Assembly: GCA_963788655.1 (NCBI GenBank)
Contig: CAWBHS010000101.1
Location: 12,163 to 76,162, forward strand
Length of the DNA: 64,000 nucleotides
Source: an uncultured Verrucomicrobiae bacterium
Lineage (GTDB): Bacteria; Verrucomicrobiota; Verrucomicrobiia; Limisphaerales; JAFGQR01
Direction: 5' to 3'
Shown: positions 32,614 to 43,191 of the stretch, piece after piece
Layout of the letters: each line of letters begins with the position of its first letter
Numbering within the stretch: position 1 is the first letter of the stretch
Translations under genes and position numbers: made by a program
The notes under the pieces: generated by a model
Databases searched by the model: none
What the model was told of the DNA's origin: nothing
Seen by the model: the letters and a program-made list of their open reading frames with translations, nothing else

Positions 32614-33015
32614 ATGAACTCAGGACCAAAACTGTTGCACACGCGCTACCGCGTGAACGATCTCCAAAAGACGGTGGACTTCTACACCCAGGTGCTGGGC
32701 ATGCAGGAAGTTCGCCGCCACAAATCGCCGCGCGGCTCGGAACTCGTATTTCTCAAGGCACCGGAAAGTGACGAACTCGTCGAGCTCTGCTCGTTTCCTG
32801 CCAGCGGCCCGGTGCAAGTGCAATCGGACCTGACCCACCTGGCATTTCAAGTGGACAGTCTCGAGGAGTTCGCCAAACACCTCGCAACGTTCGCCCTCAA
32901 ATACTCCGACGGCCCCACCCTCAAGCCGGACGGCAGTGGCTTTGCCTTCATCGACGCGCCGGAAGGCTACGAAATCGAGCTGATGCAAAACGGCAAGGAC
33001 GGCAGCCAGTATTAG
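32614..33015 (+). CDS. VOC family protein (glyoxalase I/lactoylglutathione lyase-like)
   Basis: LLHTRYRV.DL...FYT.VLG, HLAFQV, FIDAPEGYEIEL. Confidence 0.88.
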   Translation: MNSGPKLLHTRYRVNDLQKTVDFYTQVLGMQEVRRHKSPRGSELVFLKAPESDELVELCSFPASGPVQVQSDLTHLAFQVDSLEEFAKHLATFALKYSDGPTLKPDGSGFAFIDAPEGYEIELMQNGKDGSQY

Positions 33016-33208
33016 CCGTGACTATTCAGTAGGACAGGCGTCCCGTCTGTCTCGAACGACTGCAAACCACCGATTTGCACTGCGGCGTTGCAAGTCTCTC
33101 CAAGTCACCAACAGGTGAGGATGTGCTTGGCGATTCGAGACAGTCGGGACGCCTGTCCTACTGCGCCGAAATCGCATCATAGCTGCTCCAGCTACTGAAT
33201 GGATACGG
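33016..33208. repeat. GTAG-type REPIN, family D, with nested inverted repeats
   Basis: CAGTAGGACAGGCGTCCCGTCTGTCTCGAA / TTCGAGACAGTCGGGACGCCTGTCCTACTG (30-bp arms), plus an outer CCGT..ATTCAGTAG / CTACTGAAT..ACGG pair. Confidence 0.85.
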
Positions 33209-33339
33209 ATTAGTGACCCCATCCAGACACATCAATATACCGGTCAGTTCGAAACATGCGTGGCCGTTCGCGCCGACAAAAATGGTGGCGCTCGGTGAGA
33301 TTTCCGCGTCGTTGCGCCGGGAAATTTCCTCGGTGTTCG

Positions 33340-35712
33340 TCAGTCGTAAATTAGGAATGGTTTTCGTCGGGCCTGGAAATTGGCCAGGTCGCTCTTCCAC
33401 AATTCCTTGATTTGCGCGAGCGGTCTGCCCGCTTTGACGGCCGCCAGAACCTCACGATCCAGTAAAAGCGTTTGCAGTTTGTCGATGGCGATCTTGCCTG
33501 GATACAATCGCTGCAAGGTCAACGCGATCTCCAAGCCCGCATCCACCGCTTGAAAATGGTTGCGGTCGGTCACCGTGATGGATACCCCACCGCACGGTTG
33601 GTCTTTGAACGTGCTGTAGGTGGGAGTGAATCGGATCGCCTCAAATTGCACCCCAGCCAAACCAGCACCATTCAAGGCCGCCGCCAGTTGCAGGCCATCA
33701 ATGTACGGAGCACCAAAAAGCTCGAAGGGCGTTTCCGTTCCCCGGCCCACCGAGAGCGCCGTCTCCAGCAAGCCGAGTCCCGGGTAAATCGTTGCCGCGC
33801 GCAGGCTGCGCATGTTGGGCGAGGGATTGACCCAGGGCAGCCCCGTTTCATCCATCCAATCGGTCCGCTTCCAGCCTTCCAGCGGGATGACCGTCAGATC
33901 GGCCTTCCAGCCACGGTCGGCATTGAACATCCGGGCGAGTTCGCCCACCGTCATGCCGTGCCGCAAGGGGAGCGCATGAAAGGCGATGAACTTGGACTCC
34001 CCGTGATAAACGGGACCTTCCACGGTCACGCCATTGATCGGATTCACGCGGTCCAACACAACGAATTTTACCTTGGCGTTGGCCGCGGCTTCCATACACA
34101 GGCCCATGGTGGAAATGAAGGTGTAAAACCGGCAACCAATGTCCTGGATATCGAACACCAGCGCGTCCAGTCCCTGCAACTGCTCCAGGCTGGGCGCACG
34201 CCGTTGGCCATAGAGACTGTAAATCGGCAGCCCGGTTTTGGTGTCAGTGTTGTCGCCCACTCGTTCATCGAGTGCGCCGCGAATCCCGTGCTCCGGACTG
34301 AACAGCGCCACCAGGCTGACGTCCGGCGCGTTCTTCAGCCGGTCGATGGTGGAAGTGCCCTGGCGGTCTCGGCCCGTTTGGTTGGTGATCAATCCGACGC
34401 GCATTTTTTTCAGCGGGGCGAATTTCTGTTTCACCAGCACGTCGATGCCGTTGAGCACCGGTCGCGCCGGAACTGAGCTCGCAGATCCAGTCGGCGTGCC
34501 GGAGGTTTCCTGCCGGGACGGCAAGGCGCCAGGAACGTTGGTGAAGTTGAAACCTTTCACCGCTTCGGCGGCCAACGTTCCCAGCCGGGCTTCCAGCGGC
34601 AGGATGTTGCCTTTGCCATTCGGATGCACCCGGTTGGAGAGGAAGATATAGAAGGTCCGCGAAAACGGATCGATCCATAGGCACGTGCCCGTGAAGCCGG
34701 TGTGACCATAAGAGCCCAAGGGAAACAACTCGCCGCGGGGCCGGCTGTAGCCCGAGTCGATATCCCAGCCCAAGCCGCGTCGCGCTGGGACGGACGGCGG
34801 GGTTTGCACGCTGGTCATCAACTGGACCGTTTCGGGTTTGAAGAGGCGCACGCCATCCAATTCGCCGCCGTTGAGCAGCATCCGGGCGTAGCGGGCCAAG
34901 TCCGCTGCTGTGCTGAAAACGCCTGCATGTCCCGCAACCCCGCCCATGTAACGCGAGGTCGGATCGTGGACCACGCCGCGCAGCCAGTTGGTGCCGATGC
35001 GTTGGGTGGGCGCAATGCGTGCCAGTTTCGACTTTGGCGGCAGGAAGCCAGTGTCCTTCATTTTCAATGGACGATAAATTTCCTGTTCAACGAAGGTTTC
35101 CAAACCCATCCCGCTGACCCGGCGCACAATGTCGCCCAGCAGGAAGAAATTGATGTCGCTATAACGAAACGCCGTACCCGGTGGCGTTCGCAGCTTCTCC
35201 GCGCATGCCAGTTGAATGGCCGTGTCGTAGCCTTTCCACGGCGGCCGGGTGCTTACATCCGGTCGCAATCCGGACGTGTGCGTCATAAGTTGGCGCACGG
35301 TCACCTTTTCTTTGCCGCCGCCGGAAAACTCGGGAATGAACTTGCAGACCGGATCGTCCAGTTTCACCTGTCCGCGCTCGATCAACAGCATCATGGCCGG
35401 CGTGCAGGCCACGACCTTGGTCAGCGATGCCAGGTCAAAAATCGTGTCCAAGGTCATCGGCTCGAGCTGCGGTTCCAACGCCCGATGCCCGTAAGCCTGA
35501 TGGTATTCCTGGCCCGCATGCTCGAGCCACAACACGCCGCCCGGACAACGTTTCTCGGCGATGGCATTCGTAATGGCCGTGTCCATCTCGTGTAACACGG
35601 TGGAATTGAAAACAGCCGGCTGGTGAACGCAACCGGTCAAGCCGCCCAAACTCCCCAGGCACACCAGCCCGAACCAACCAAACGACATCCGCAGCAAGGA
35701 TCGAGGATTCAT
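33340..35712 (-). CDS. Lipoprotein fusion of a beta-lactamase-family serine hydrolase and a NamZ-like exo-beta-N-acetylmuramidase (DUF1343)
   Basis: Lipobox LTGC; ASLTK, YSD and HTGFTG; then GLITNQTG, FSPEHG, FDIQDIGCRFYT, LDRVNP, PSPNM. Confidence 0.9.
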   Translation of the reverse strand: MNPRSLLRMSFGWFGLVCLGSLGGLTGCVHQPAVFNSTVLHEMDTAITNAIAEKRCPGGVLWLEHAGQEYHQAYGHRALEPQLEPMTLDTIFDLASLTKVVACTPAMMLLIERGQVKLDDPVCKFIPEFSGGGKEKVTVRQLMTHTSGLRPDVSTRPPWKGYDTAIQLACAEKLRTPPGTAFRYSDINFFLLGDIVRRVSGMGLETFVEQEIYRPLKMKDTGFLPPKSKLARIAPTQRIGTNWLRGVVHDPTSRYMGGVAGHAGVFSTAADLARYARMLLNGGELDGVRLFKPETVQLMTSVQTPPSVPARRGLGWDIDSGYSRPRGELFPLGSYGHTGFTGTCLWIDPFSRTFYIFLSNRVHPNGKGNILPLEARLGTLAAEAVKGFNFTNVPGALPSRQETSGTPTGSASSVPARPVLNGIDVLVKQKFAPLKKMRVGLITNQTGRDRQGTSTIDRLKNAPDVSLVALFSPEHGIRGALDERVGDNTDTKTGLPIYSLYGQRRAPSLEQLQGLDALVFDIQDIGCRFYTFISTMGLCMEAAANAKVKFVVLDRVNPINGVTVEGPVYHGESKFIAFHALPLRHGMTVGELARMFNADRGWKADLTVIPLEGWKRTDWMDETGLPWVNPSPNMRSLRAATIYPGLGLLETALSVGRGTETPFELFGAPYIDGLQLAAALNGAGLAGVQFEAIRFTPTYSTFKDQPCGGVSITVTDRNHFQAVDAGLEIALTLQRLYPGKIAIDKLQTLLLDREVLAAVKAGRPLAQIKELWKSDLANFQARRKPFLIYD

Positions 35713-35783
35713 ACTGAAATGAATGATCGCGGAAACGCTGATAAAATGCAGTCGAAAATTTTGATTTTGAGTGGGCGGGCATT

Positions 35784-35858
35784 GATGCCGGATGCCGGAT
35801 GCCGGATGCCGGATGCCGGATGCCGGATGCCGGATGCCAGATGCCAGATGCCAGATGC
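35784..35858. repeat. Heptamer tandem repeat (GATGCCG)7(GATGCCA)3GATGC
   Basis: Counted directly in the sequence. Confidence 0.95.
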
Positions 35859-35946
35859 TTTCTCCAACTTGGCTTGGTTGGCAGCGTTGCTTGGACGTCG
35901 CGCGTCAAGGGGGGAGTTGCGCAAAATGCCGGTACCTTCAGAAGGT

Positions 35947-36093
35947 CGCGCCAGCGTTTGGAGCGCGTGGAGCTTGCTCCCGCTTTCGTTAACCGCAGCG
36001 CGCCAGGAGAGGCGGAGCGCCATTGAAATGTTGGTGGGCGGCTCTCCCTCCTGAAAGCGCCGGCAAGCCGGGCGCACTCCAAACGCTGCGCGA
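35947..36093. repeat. REPIN-like element, family A, copy 2
   Basis: Same arms as 819-968. Confidence 0.9.
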
Positions 36094-36233
36094 CGTTCGG
36101 CTGCCCCATCCGAATTTTCAGATTTCGGTCTTCAGCTTTTTTTCGGATTCCGCTCTGGTCTTCGGATTTGATTGCCATTTTAACGTCGGACGACATAAGT
36201 TTACCAACCATCAGCGACAACACACGTACCAGC

Positions 36234-37712
36234 ATGAAAACCATTTGTATTCTGATTGCTTCCCTCCTCGGACTGGGTGCCACGGCGCCGCTTGCCCACG
36301 CCGCAACCCGTCCCAACATCTTGTTCATCGCCGTGGATGACTTGCGGCCCGAATTGGGCTGCTACGGAAACTCGATCATTAAAAGCCCGAATCTCGACCG
36401 TATCGCGCGGGCCGGCGTCGTCTTTGACCGCGCGTATTGTCAGCAGGCGGTTTGTTCGCCTTCGCGGTCCAGTCTGCTGACCGGCACGCGGCCCGATACC
36501 ACGAAGGTTTGGGATCTGCAAACGCACTTTCGCAAGGCGCTGCCGGACGTGGACACGCTGCCGCAATGGTTCAAGAACCATGGCTATTTCGTGCAGGGTA
36601 TGGGTAAGATTTTTCACGGCGGCTTCAACGATCCGCCCTCGTGGTCGGTCCCGTGGAGGAGGCCGAAAGCTCAGGCTTATGGCACGGCGGAAAGCCGGGC
36701 GATGATCAGCCGGAAGCGCCAACGGGCCATCGCGCAAGGGCTGAACGAGACGGCCATTCAACGGACAGCGCGCGGCCCGGCTTACGAAGCCGCCGACGTG
36801 CCGGACAACACCTTTCATGATGGCGCGCTGGCGGACATGGCCGTAGCCTCGTTGCGCGAGTTGAAGCGGAAGGAGCAACCGTTCTTCCTCGCGGTGGGTT
36901 TTATCCGGCCGCATCTGCCGTTCGTGGCGCCCAAGAAATATTGGGACCTTTACGATCCGGCCGCCATCCCGCTCGCCCCCAATCCATTTCGGCCGAAAGA
37001 CGCGCCCGAGTATGCGATCCTCGACGGTGGCGAACTGCGCAGTTACGACAGCATTCCCAAAGGCCACCTGGCAGACGACCTCGCGCGCCGCCTCAAACAC
37101 GGCTATTACGCCGCGGTAAGCTACATGGATGTGCAGGTGGGTCGCGTGCTGGATGAACTCGACCGGCTGGGGTTGCGCGACAACACCATCATTATCCTGT
37201 GGGGCGATCATGGCTGGAAACTGGGCGAGCACGATGCCTGGTGTAAACACAGCAACGTCGAGAACGACACCTGGGCGCCGCTCCTGATGTCCGTGCCCGG
37301 CATGAAGAACGCCGGTAAACACACCCGGGCGCTGGTCGAGTTTGTGGATATTTACCCGACGCTCGCCGACCTGGCGGGTTTGCCATTGCCGGGCCATCTC
37401 GAGGGGACGAGTTTTGCGCCCGTGCTGGACGACCTGGACCGGCCGTGGAAAGCTGCTGCCTTCAGCCAGTATCCTCGTGGCGTGCGAGGGAAGCGGCTGA
37501 TGGGCTACACGATGCGCACCGACCGTTACCGATTCACGATGTGGCTGCACCGCGCTGATCATTCGCAAGTCGATGCCATCGAGCTGTACGACCACCAGAC
37601 CGATCCGCAGGAAAACTCAAACCTTGCCGCCCGGCCTGAAAATGCGGACTTGGTGAAGGAGTTGACCGCCAAACTGAGAGCGGGCTGGAAAGCCGCGCGG
37701 CCCGGTGGCTGA
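36234..37712 (+). CDS. Secreted sulfatase (iduronate-2-sulfatase-like)
   Basis: Signal peptide, NILFIAVDDLR, CSPSR formylglycine motif, RPHLPF, GDHG, KHSN. Confidence 0.93.
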   Translation: MKTICILIASLLGLGATAPLAHAATRPNILFIAVDDLRPELGCYGNSIIKSPNLDRIARAGVVFDRAYCQQAVCSPSRSSLLTGTRPDTTKVWDLQTHFRKALPDVDTLPQWFKNHGYFVQGMGKIFHGGFNDPPSWSVPWRRPKAQAYGTAESRAMISRKRQRAIAQGLNETAIQRTARGPAYEAADVPDNTFHDGALADMAVASLRELKRKEQPFFLAVGFIRPHLPFVAPKKYWDLYDPAAIPLAPNPFRPKDAPEYAILDGGELRSYDSIPKGHLADDLARRLKHGYYAAVSYMDVQVGRVLDELDRLGLRDNTIIILWGDHGWKLGEHDAWCKHSNVENDTWAPLLMSVPGMKNAGKHTRALVEFVDIYPTLADLAGLPLPGHLEGTSFAPVLDDLDRPWKAAAFSQYPRGVRGKRLMGYTMRTDRYRFTMWLHRADHSQVDAIELYDHQTDPQENSNLAARPENADLVKELTAKLRAGWKAARPGG

Positions 37713-37851
37713 TGCGCAGTGGTTCTCTTTAAAGCAGCCGCATTCTCACGAACGCAGCTACAGTCACTGCATACATACCGCCATGAGCATTAACATACGA
37801 GGTAATAACAACTCCTTTTGTGGTGTCGTTTGCAGCGGGCGGGTGATGGGG

Positions 37852-37977
37852 CGCGCCAGCGTTTGGAGTGCGTGGAGCTTGCTCCCGCTTTTAACTAATC
37901 GCGCCCCAGGTAGAGTGTGACCGCGCCTTCCCAGTCGAAAGCGCCGGCAAGCCGGGCGCACTCCAAACGCTTCGCGA
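37852..37977. repeat. REPIN-like element, family A, copy 3
   Basis: Same arms as 819-968. Confidence 0.9.
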
Positions 37978-38140
37978 CATACGGAGGTTGGCGGGCACTC
38001 GCCTCCTTGCACAATTGCTTGCTTCGCCGCCAGCCGGGAGTTCGCCGTAGGCCGTCAGACCGTTTCCCAATGACCAGGCTTGCGCTTTGCGCAGGTTCAA
38101 TTCAGGATGCGCCTCAATTACCCAACTGGAACATTTGATT

Positions 38141-39521
38141 ATGAACAACGACACTTTCTTACTCACCGGGTTGCTCGTGGTGTTGAGCAGCGGCTTCACT
38201 CAAGCCAAGGACTGGCAACTGGTCTGGTCCGACGAATTCGACAAAGCCGGTTTGCCCGACTCATCGAAATGGAATTACGAGGAAGGATTTATACGGAATC
38301 GCGAACAACAGTATTACACCCGCGACCGCGCTGCAAACGCGCGCGTGGAAGACGGTTGCCTGCTCATTGAGTCCCGGCACGAGAAGTTCCCCAATCCCCG
38401 CTATCGGGCGGACGCCCAAAACGATTGGAAGCGGTCGCAAGAATTCGCGCCCTACACTTCCGCCAGCCTCACCACGCGAGGCCTGACGACTTGGCGTTAC
38501 GGCCGCATTGAAGTGCGCGCCAAACTGCCCGGCGGTCGCGGCGTATGGCCCGCGATCTGGATGCTGGGTGCCAATCGCAACGCCGGGTGGCCGGCGTGCG
38601 GCGAGATCGACATCATGGAATTCGTCGGCCATGATCCCGATACGATCCATGGCACGGTTCACACCGCCAAATACAATCACGTCAAGAAAACGCAGAAGGG
38701 CTCGACGCTGAAGGTCAAGGCGCCCGACGCCGACTTCCACCTTTACGCCATCGAATGGGACGCCGACAAAATCGATTTCTTCGTGGACGACACCAAATAT
38801 TTTACTTTCAAAAACGAACACACCGGCACGGACGCCTGGCCATTTGACCATCCGCACTATCTCATTCTCAACACAGCTATTGGCGGCAGTTGGGGCGGCG
38901 CCAAGGGGATTGACGACTCCATTTTTCCAACCCGTTTTGCCATCGATTACGTGCGAGTCTATCAGGAGAAGGAAACGGCTCGGTGCCGCTACCGAGGCGC
39001 GGAAGGCCACCGGCCGACGCGTGGCGTTGTTTGACGGCAAAACGCTGAATGGATGGACCGTGCTGAAGTGCGACGCCATCGTAGATGACGGCAACATTCT
39101 GCTCCAGGGTGGCAACGGCCTGGTGCAAACCAAACGCAAATACGGCAACTTCATTTTCGAGTTCGACTGGAAAGCCCTGCGCGCGGACCAGTGGGATAGC
39201 GGCGTTTATTTCCGCTATGACTCGGTTCCAGCCAACGAGCCCTGGCCCAATCGTTACCAGGCCAACCTGCGGCAGGGAATGGAAGGCAACGTCAGCAATT
39301 TACGGGGCGCCGAAAGCAAGGGATTGGTCAAGGCGGGCGATTGGAATCGGTTCAAGCTGACCGTGCGCGACACGAAGGCCCAAATGGAAATCAATGGCCA
39401 ACCAGCGTGGAACGCGGACGGATTGGCAGGTTCCCGTGAAGGCTACATCGCGCTCCAGGCGGAAGTGCCGGGGGGCGGTCAGCATCGATTCCGGAACATT
39501 TACCTGACCGAACTGCCGTAG
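38141..39521 (+). CDS. GH16 glycoside hydrolase probably fused to a DUF1080 (3-keto-disaccharide hydrolase) domain; frameshift near 38985
   Basis: LVWSDEFD, WPAIWML, GEIDIME. Overlapping frame with no own start gives LFDGKTLNGW...DSGVYFR...GYIALQAE...FRNI. Confidence 0.82.
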
Positions 39522-39632
39522 GTCGTCGGGCCGCGGTCGTGCCATTCCATTCGTGTCAACGGCAAATGGCGCCGCTGACATCGTCTGAGGTGGGCGCGCT
39601 TCTTTTCTATTTGAATTGCGGTGAGATCAGAA

Positions 39633-40454
39633 TTAACCGGCCGCAGTCAGCGTCACCCGCAGCTTCGCCGCCAATTGCTCGGCGGTTGACTGTTCCAGAA
39701 TCAACGTCTTTTCCGCTTCAAAGGCCAGCACCGCAATCTTGGCTACCGCGCACGTTTCGAGGGTTTGCGGGCCGACACAGGGAATGTCGAAGCGCATGTC
39801 GTGCTGTTCCTTGGCCACTTTGACCGCGACCGCCCCGCCGCGTCGCCCGGCCAATTCGCCGCCGCGCGCCAGGCAACGGTCGGTGCCCTCAAATCCTTCG
39901 ACCGCCAGCACGGTGCCGTCTTTGACAACGACGGTTTGGCCAATTTCCAGCCGCGCCGCTTGTTTGGCAATCCGCAAGCCGAAGGCCACGTCAGCTTGTT
40001 GACCGGCGGACAAGCGCGGCCCGACTTGATACCCGGCCACCGGCATGAGCGGCTGGAGCCAGGGAGTGGCTGCGATCAATTTCACTCCGTCCCGTTGTAG
40101 TTCCCGGGCGATCGCGCCAAAGATGGTGTGGGCATTCTTCTCCTTGAGCTGGAAGAGCATTTTCATCGCCCGCAAATCCGGCCGCAGGTCAAAAAGGTTC
40201 CGGGGGGCGATCTGGCCGACCATGACACATTGGGCAATTCCATGCTCGGTAAACGCGGCGATCATGCGGCCCAGTTGGCCGACCTTCAACCACACGATGG
40301 TGTCCACCAATCGCGCCAATTCCGGATCCGTTTCTCCTTGAAACGCCACGGCCACCAGTCGCTTCACGCCCAACTGGCGGGCTTGCCGGGCAAAGATCAG
40401 CGGCAGGGATCGGTTCCCCGCAATGAGGCCCAAGGATTCGCGGGATGCCGTCAT
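39633..40454 (-). CDS. lpxI: UDP-2,3-diacylglucosamine diphosphatase LpxI
   Basis: GLIAGNRSLP, IGQTVVV..G.VLAVEGFEGTD, KVAKEQHDMRFDIPCVG. Confidence 0.9.
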   Translation of the reverse strand: MTASRESLGLIAGNRSLPLIFARQARQLGVKRLVAVAFQGETDPELARLVDTIVWLKVGQLGRMIAAFTEHGIAQCVMVGQIAPRNLFDLRPDLRAMKMLFQLKEKNAHTIFGAIARELQRDGVKLIAATPWLQPLMPVAGYQVGPRLSAGQQADVAFGLRIAKQAARLEIGQTVVVKDGTVLAVEGFEGTDRCLARGGELAGRRGGAVAVKVAKEQHDMRFDIPCVGPQTLETCAVAKIAVLAFEAEKTLILEQSTAEQLAAKLRVTLTAAG

Positions 40455-40923
40455 GCGATGCCGGCTGAATGGTTCCCGCCCGTTCGGTTCCAACCGAGCA
40501 ATTCTTTCCCGTAAAACATCCGCCCATTGAAGGGCAAAGACGCGGCGATGTAAACGGGTTTGCCGCCACCGCCACATCATTCACAAGTGGGCGCCCCGGA
40601 GCCGTTTGCCGCTTCTGGCCGGGGCATGCAACGTGCTGGGCATTGACGGTGAACTATGGATCGGTGCGAAGGCGTCGCACGCTCCGCGGTATCCGCCAGC
40701 GTGCGACTGCCTCCGCCAATGCAGGGAGGCAAATCTTGGCCCCTGGCATTTCCGGGGTGGCGGCGCGCGTCGGCCAGTCGGCAGCGGGTGAACTATCCTG
40801 ACCGATGGGCGGTGGGTGCTGGCCAAGACATTGCTCAAGCACTGCGGGTCGATTCCGATAACCATAAGTAGCCTGCAAACAAGGCTGTTATTGAAGCGTG
40901 GCGAAGCGGATTTAAAGAACATC

Positions 40924-42742
40924 ATGGCTAAGAACGTGCAAAACCCGTTGCCCTCCACCAAACCCATTGTAACGATGGCATTTCTGGTGCTGGTGGCAGT
41001 GGTTGGCGTCAGCGCCTGGGTCTATGTGGCCGGCAGTCACGCGTTGCGGGCGCAGGCCAGGGAACAGGGTATTTCCATTTATACCCAAGGCGCCGAAGCC
41101 GGGGTTTCCGCCCAGGTTCCCGTAACGACCAAGTCCCGCGAGGAAACCGAACGGGGCTTTGTCCGGTTGCTCAAGCAAGTGGACGATTGGGCCATCAAAG
41201 TCTCCCTGGCGACCGCCGCCAGCGGCGCGGGGATGATGCTCACGCTCGTGTTTGGCATCGGTTGGTGGCGGCACAACTGGGCCCGCCGGGTGACGCTCCG
41301 CAAGGATGAACTCGAAGCCAACTCGAACAAACTGGAGCAAGCGCTGGCGGAAATTCAGCACGAACTGAAATTGGAGTTGGAGAAGCGCCACGGTCTGGAA
41401 AAACAGGTCGAACAATTCACCACCCAGATGGACGAGCGCGTCCGAGCCAGCACCGCGGAGTTAAGCCGCGAACGCGACGCGTTGGAGAAGGAACTCAATG
41501 ACCGCAAAGCCGCCGAAAAGAACCTGACCTATCAACGCCAGGAACTGACCCGTTCCAAGGATGTCCTGGAGATGCACGTGCAAGCCCGCACGCAGGAACT
41601 GCAAATACTCCAGCGCCGCTATGAGCACATTTTGAATTCGGCGGGTGAAGGCATCTACGGGCTGGACCTGCAAGGCAAGACCACGTTCGTCAACCCCGCC
41701 GCCGCCAAGCTGACCGGTTGGAGCGTCGAGGAATTGGTGGGCAAACCCGAGCGCGAGATCTTCCACCGGCAGGCGACCGATGGCGCCCCCACCGGCCACA
41801 CGCAAATGATGGACCGGCATGGCAATCTCCTGGCCGAACAGACCTTCTTCCGCAAGAACGGCACTTCCTTCCCGGTGGAGTATGTCCGCACGCCCATCAT
41901 GGAAAACGGCCGGATGGTTGGTGCGGTGGTGTTATTCAAAGACATCACCGAACGCAAACGTTCCGAAGAAACCCTGGCCCGCAAAGCCGCCGAACTGGCC
42001 CGCTCCAACGCCGAACTCGAACAGTTCGCTTATGTGGCCTCTCACGATCTCCAGGAACCGTTGCGCAAAATCCAAGCCTTCGGTGACCGCCTGAAGGCCA
42101 AGGTGGATGCCGCCAAGCTGGCCGAGGGCCGCGATTACCTCGATCGGATGCAGAGCGCCGCCGCCCGCATGCAAGCGTTGATCAACGACCTGCTCACCTT
42201 CTCCCGCGTCGTCAGCAGCAACCAGCCCATGGTGGCAGTGGACCTCGGTCAGGTGACCAAAGAAGGTCCTGAGCGATCTCGAAGTCCGGATCGAAAAGTC
42301 CAAAGCCAAGGTGGAGATGGGCGATCTGCCAACCATTGATGCCGACCCGCTGCAAATGCGCCAACTCCTGCAAAACCTGATCAGCAACTCGGTCAAGTTT
42401 CAAGCGCCCGGCGCCAGTCCGGTGGTGAAAATCGACGCCCAAATTATTAAACGTCCGTTCTCCTGCGCCAAGAATCCCACGCCGGACGACGAAGTGTGCG
42501 AGTTGATGGTCAAGGACAATGGCATTGGGTTCGAGGAGCAATATGCCGAAAAGATTTTTGCGGTCTTCCAACGCCTGCACGGCCGCAGCGAATACGAAGG
42601 CACCGGGGTCGGTTTGGCGGTGTGCCGCCGGATTGCCGACCACCACGGCGGCACCATCAATGCCTCCAGCAAATTAGGCGAAGGCGCCACGTTCACCGTG
42701 ACCTTGCCCGTGCGGCATCCCAATGGAGAAATCAATACATGA
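40924..42742 (+). CDS. Membrane PAS sensor histidine kinase (frameshift near 42262)
   Basis: Two TM segments, coiled coil, PAS, FAYVASHDLQEPLR H-box, NLISNSVK, DNGIG, GTGVGL. Confidence 0.92.
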
Positions 42743-43191
42743 GCGAAAAAGCAAAATCCCTGGTCATCCTCATGGCCGATGATGACGCCGACGACCGGCT
42801 GCTGGCCCAAGATGCCTTGACCGAGTGCAAACTGGCCAACGACCTGCACTTCGTGGAAAACGGCGAAGAACTGCTGGACTTCCTGCACCATCGCGGCAAG
42901 TTCAGCGCCGCGCCCGAATTCCCCCGGCCCGGCCTGATCCTGCTGGACCTGAACATGCCGCGTAAAGATGGCCGCGAAGCCCTGCGCGAAATCAAAGCCG
43001 ACCCCGAACTGCGCCAGATTCCCGTGGTCGTGCTGACCACGTCCCGCGCGGACACGGACATCGGGCGCATTTATGAACTGGGCGCCAATTCCTTCATTGC
43101 CAAACCGGTCACCTTCGATTCGCTCGTCAATGTGATGCGCACGCTGGGCAAGTACTGGTTTGAAATCGTCGAACTTCCCGCCAAAAACTAA
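42739..43191 (+). CDS. Single-domain response regulator (Rcp1-like)
   Basis: ADDDADD, LLDLNMPRKDG, VLTTS, GANSFIAKP. Confidence 0.93.
   Translation: MSEKAKSLVILMADDDADDRLLAQDALTECKLANDLHFVENGEELLDFLHHRGKFSAAPEFPRPGLILLDLNMPRKDGREALREIKADPELRQIPVVVLTTSRADTDIGRIYELGANSFIAKPVTFDSLVNVMRTLGKYWFEIVELPAKN

Noticed and set aside
35784..36093. CRISPR array or repeat-encoded peptides (MPDAGCR, HPASGIR ORFs)
   Set aside because: 7-bp tandem units without spacers and no cas genes; the ORFs are translations of the repeat.
40455..40923. Riboswitch or ncRNA in the lpxI-kinase divergent spacer
   Set aside because: GC-rich stems are possible, but I recognised no conserved aptamer motif; an Rfam/Infernal scan is needed.
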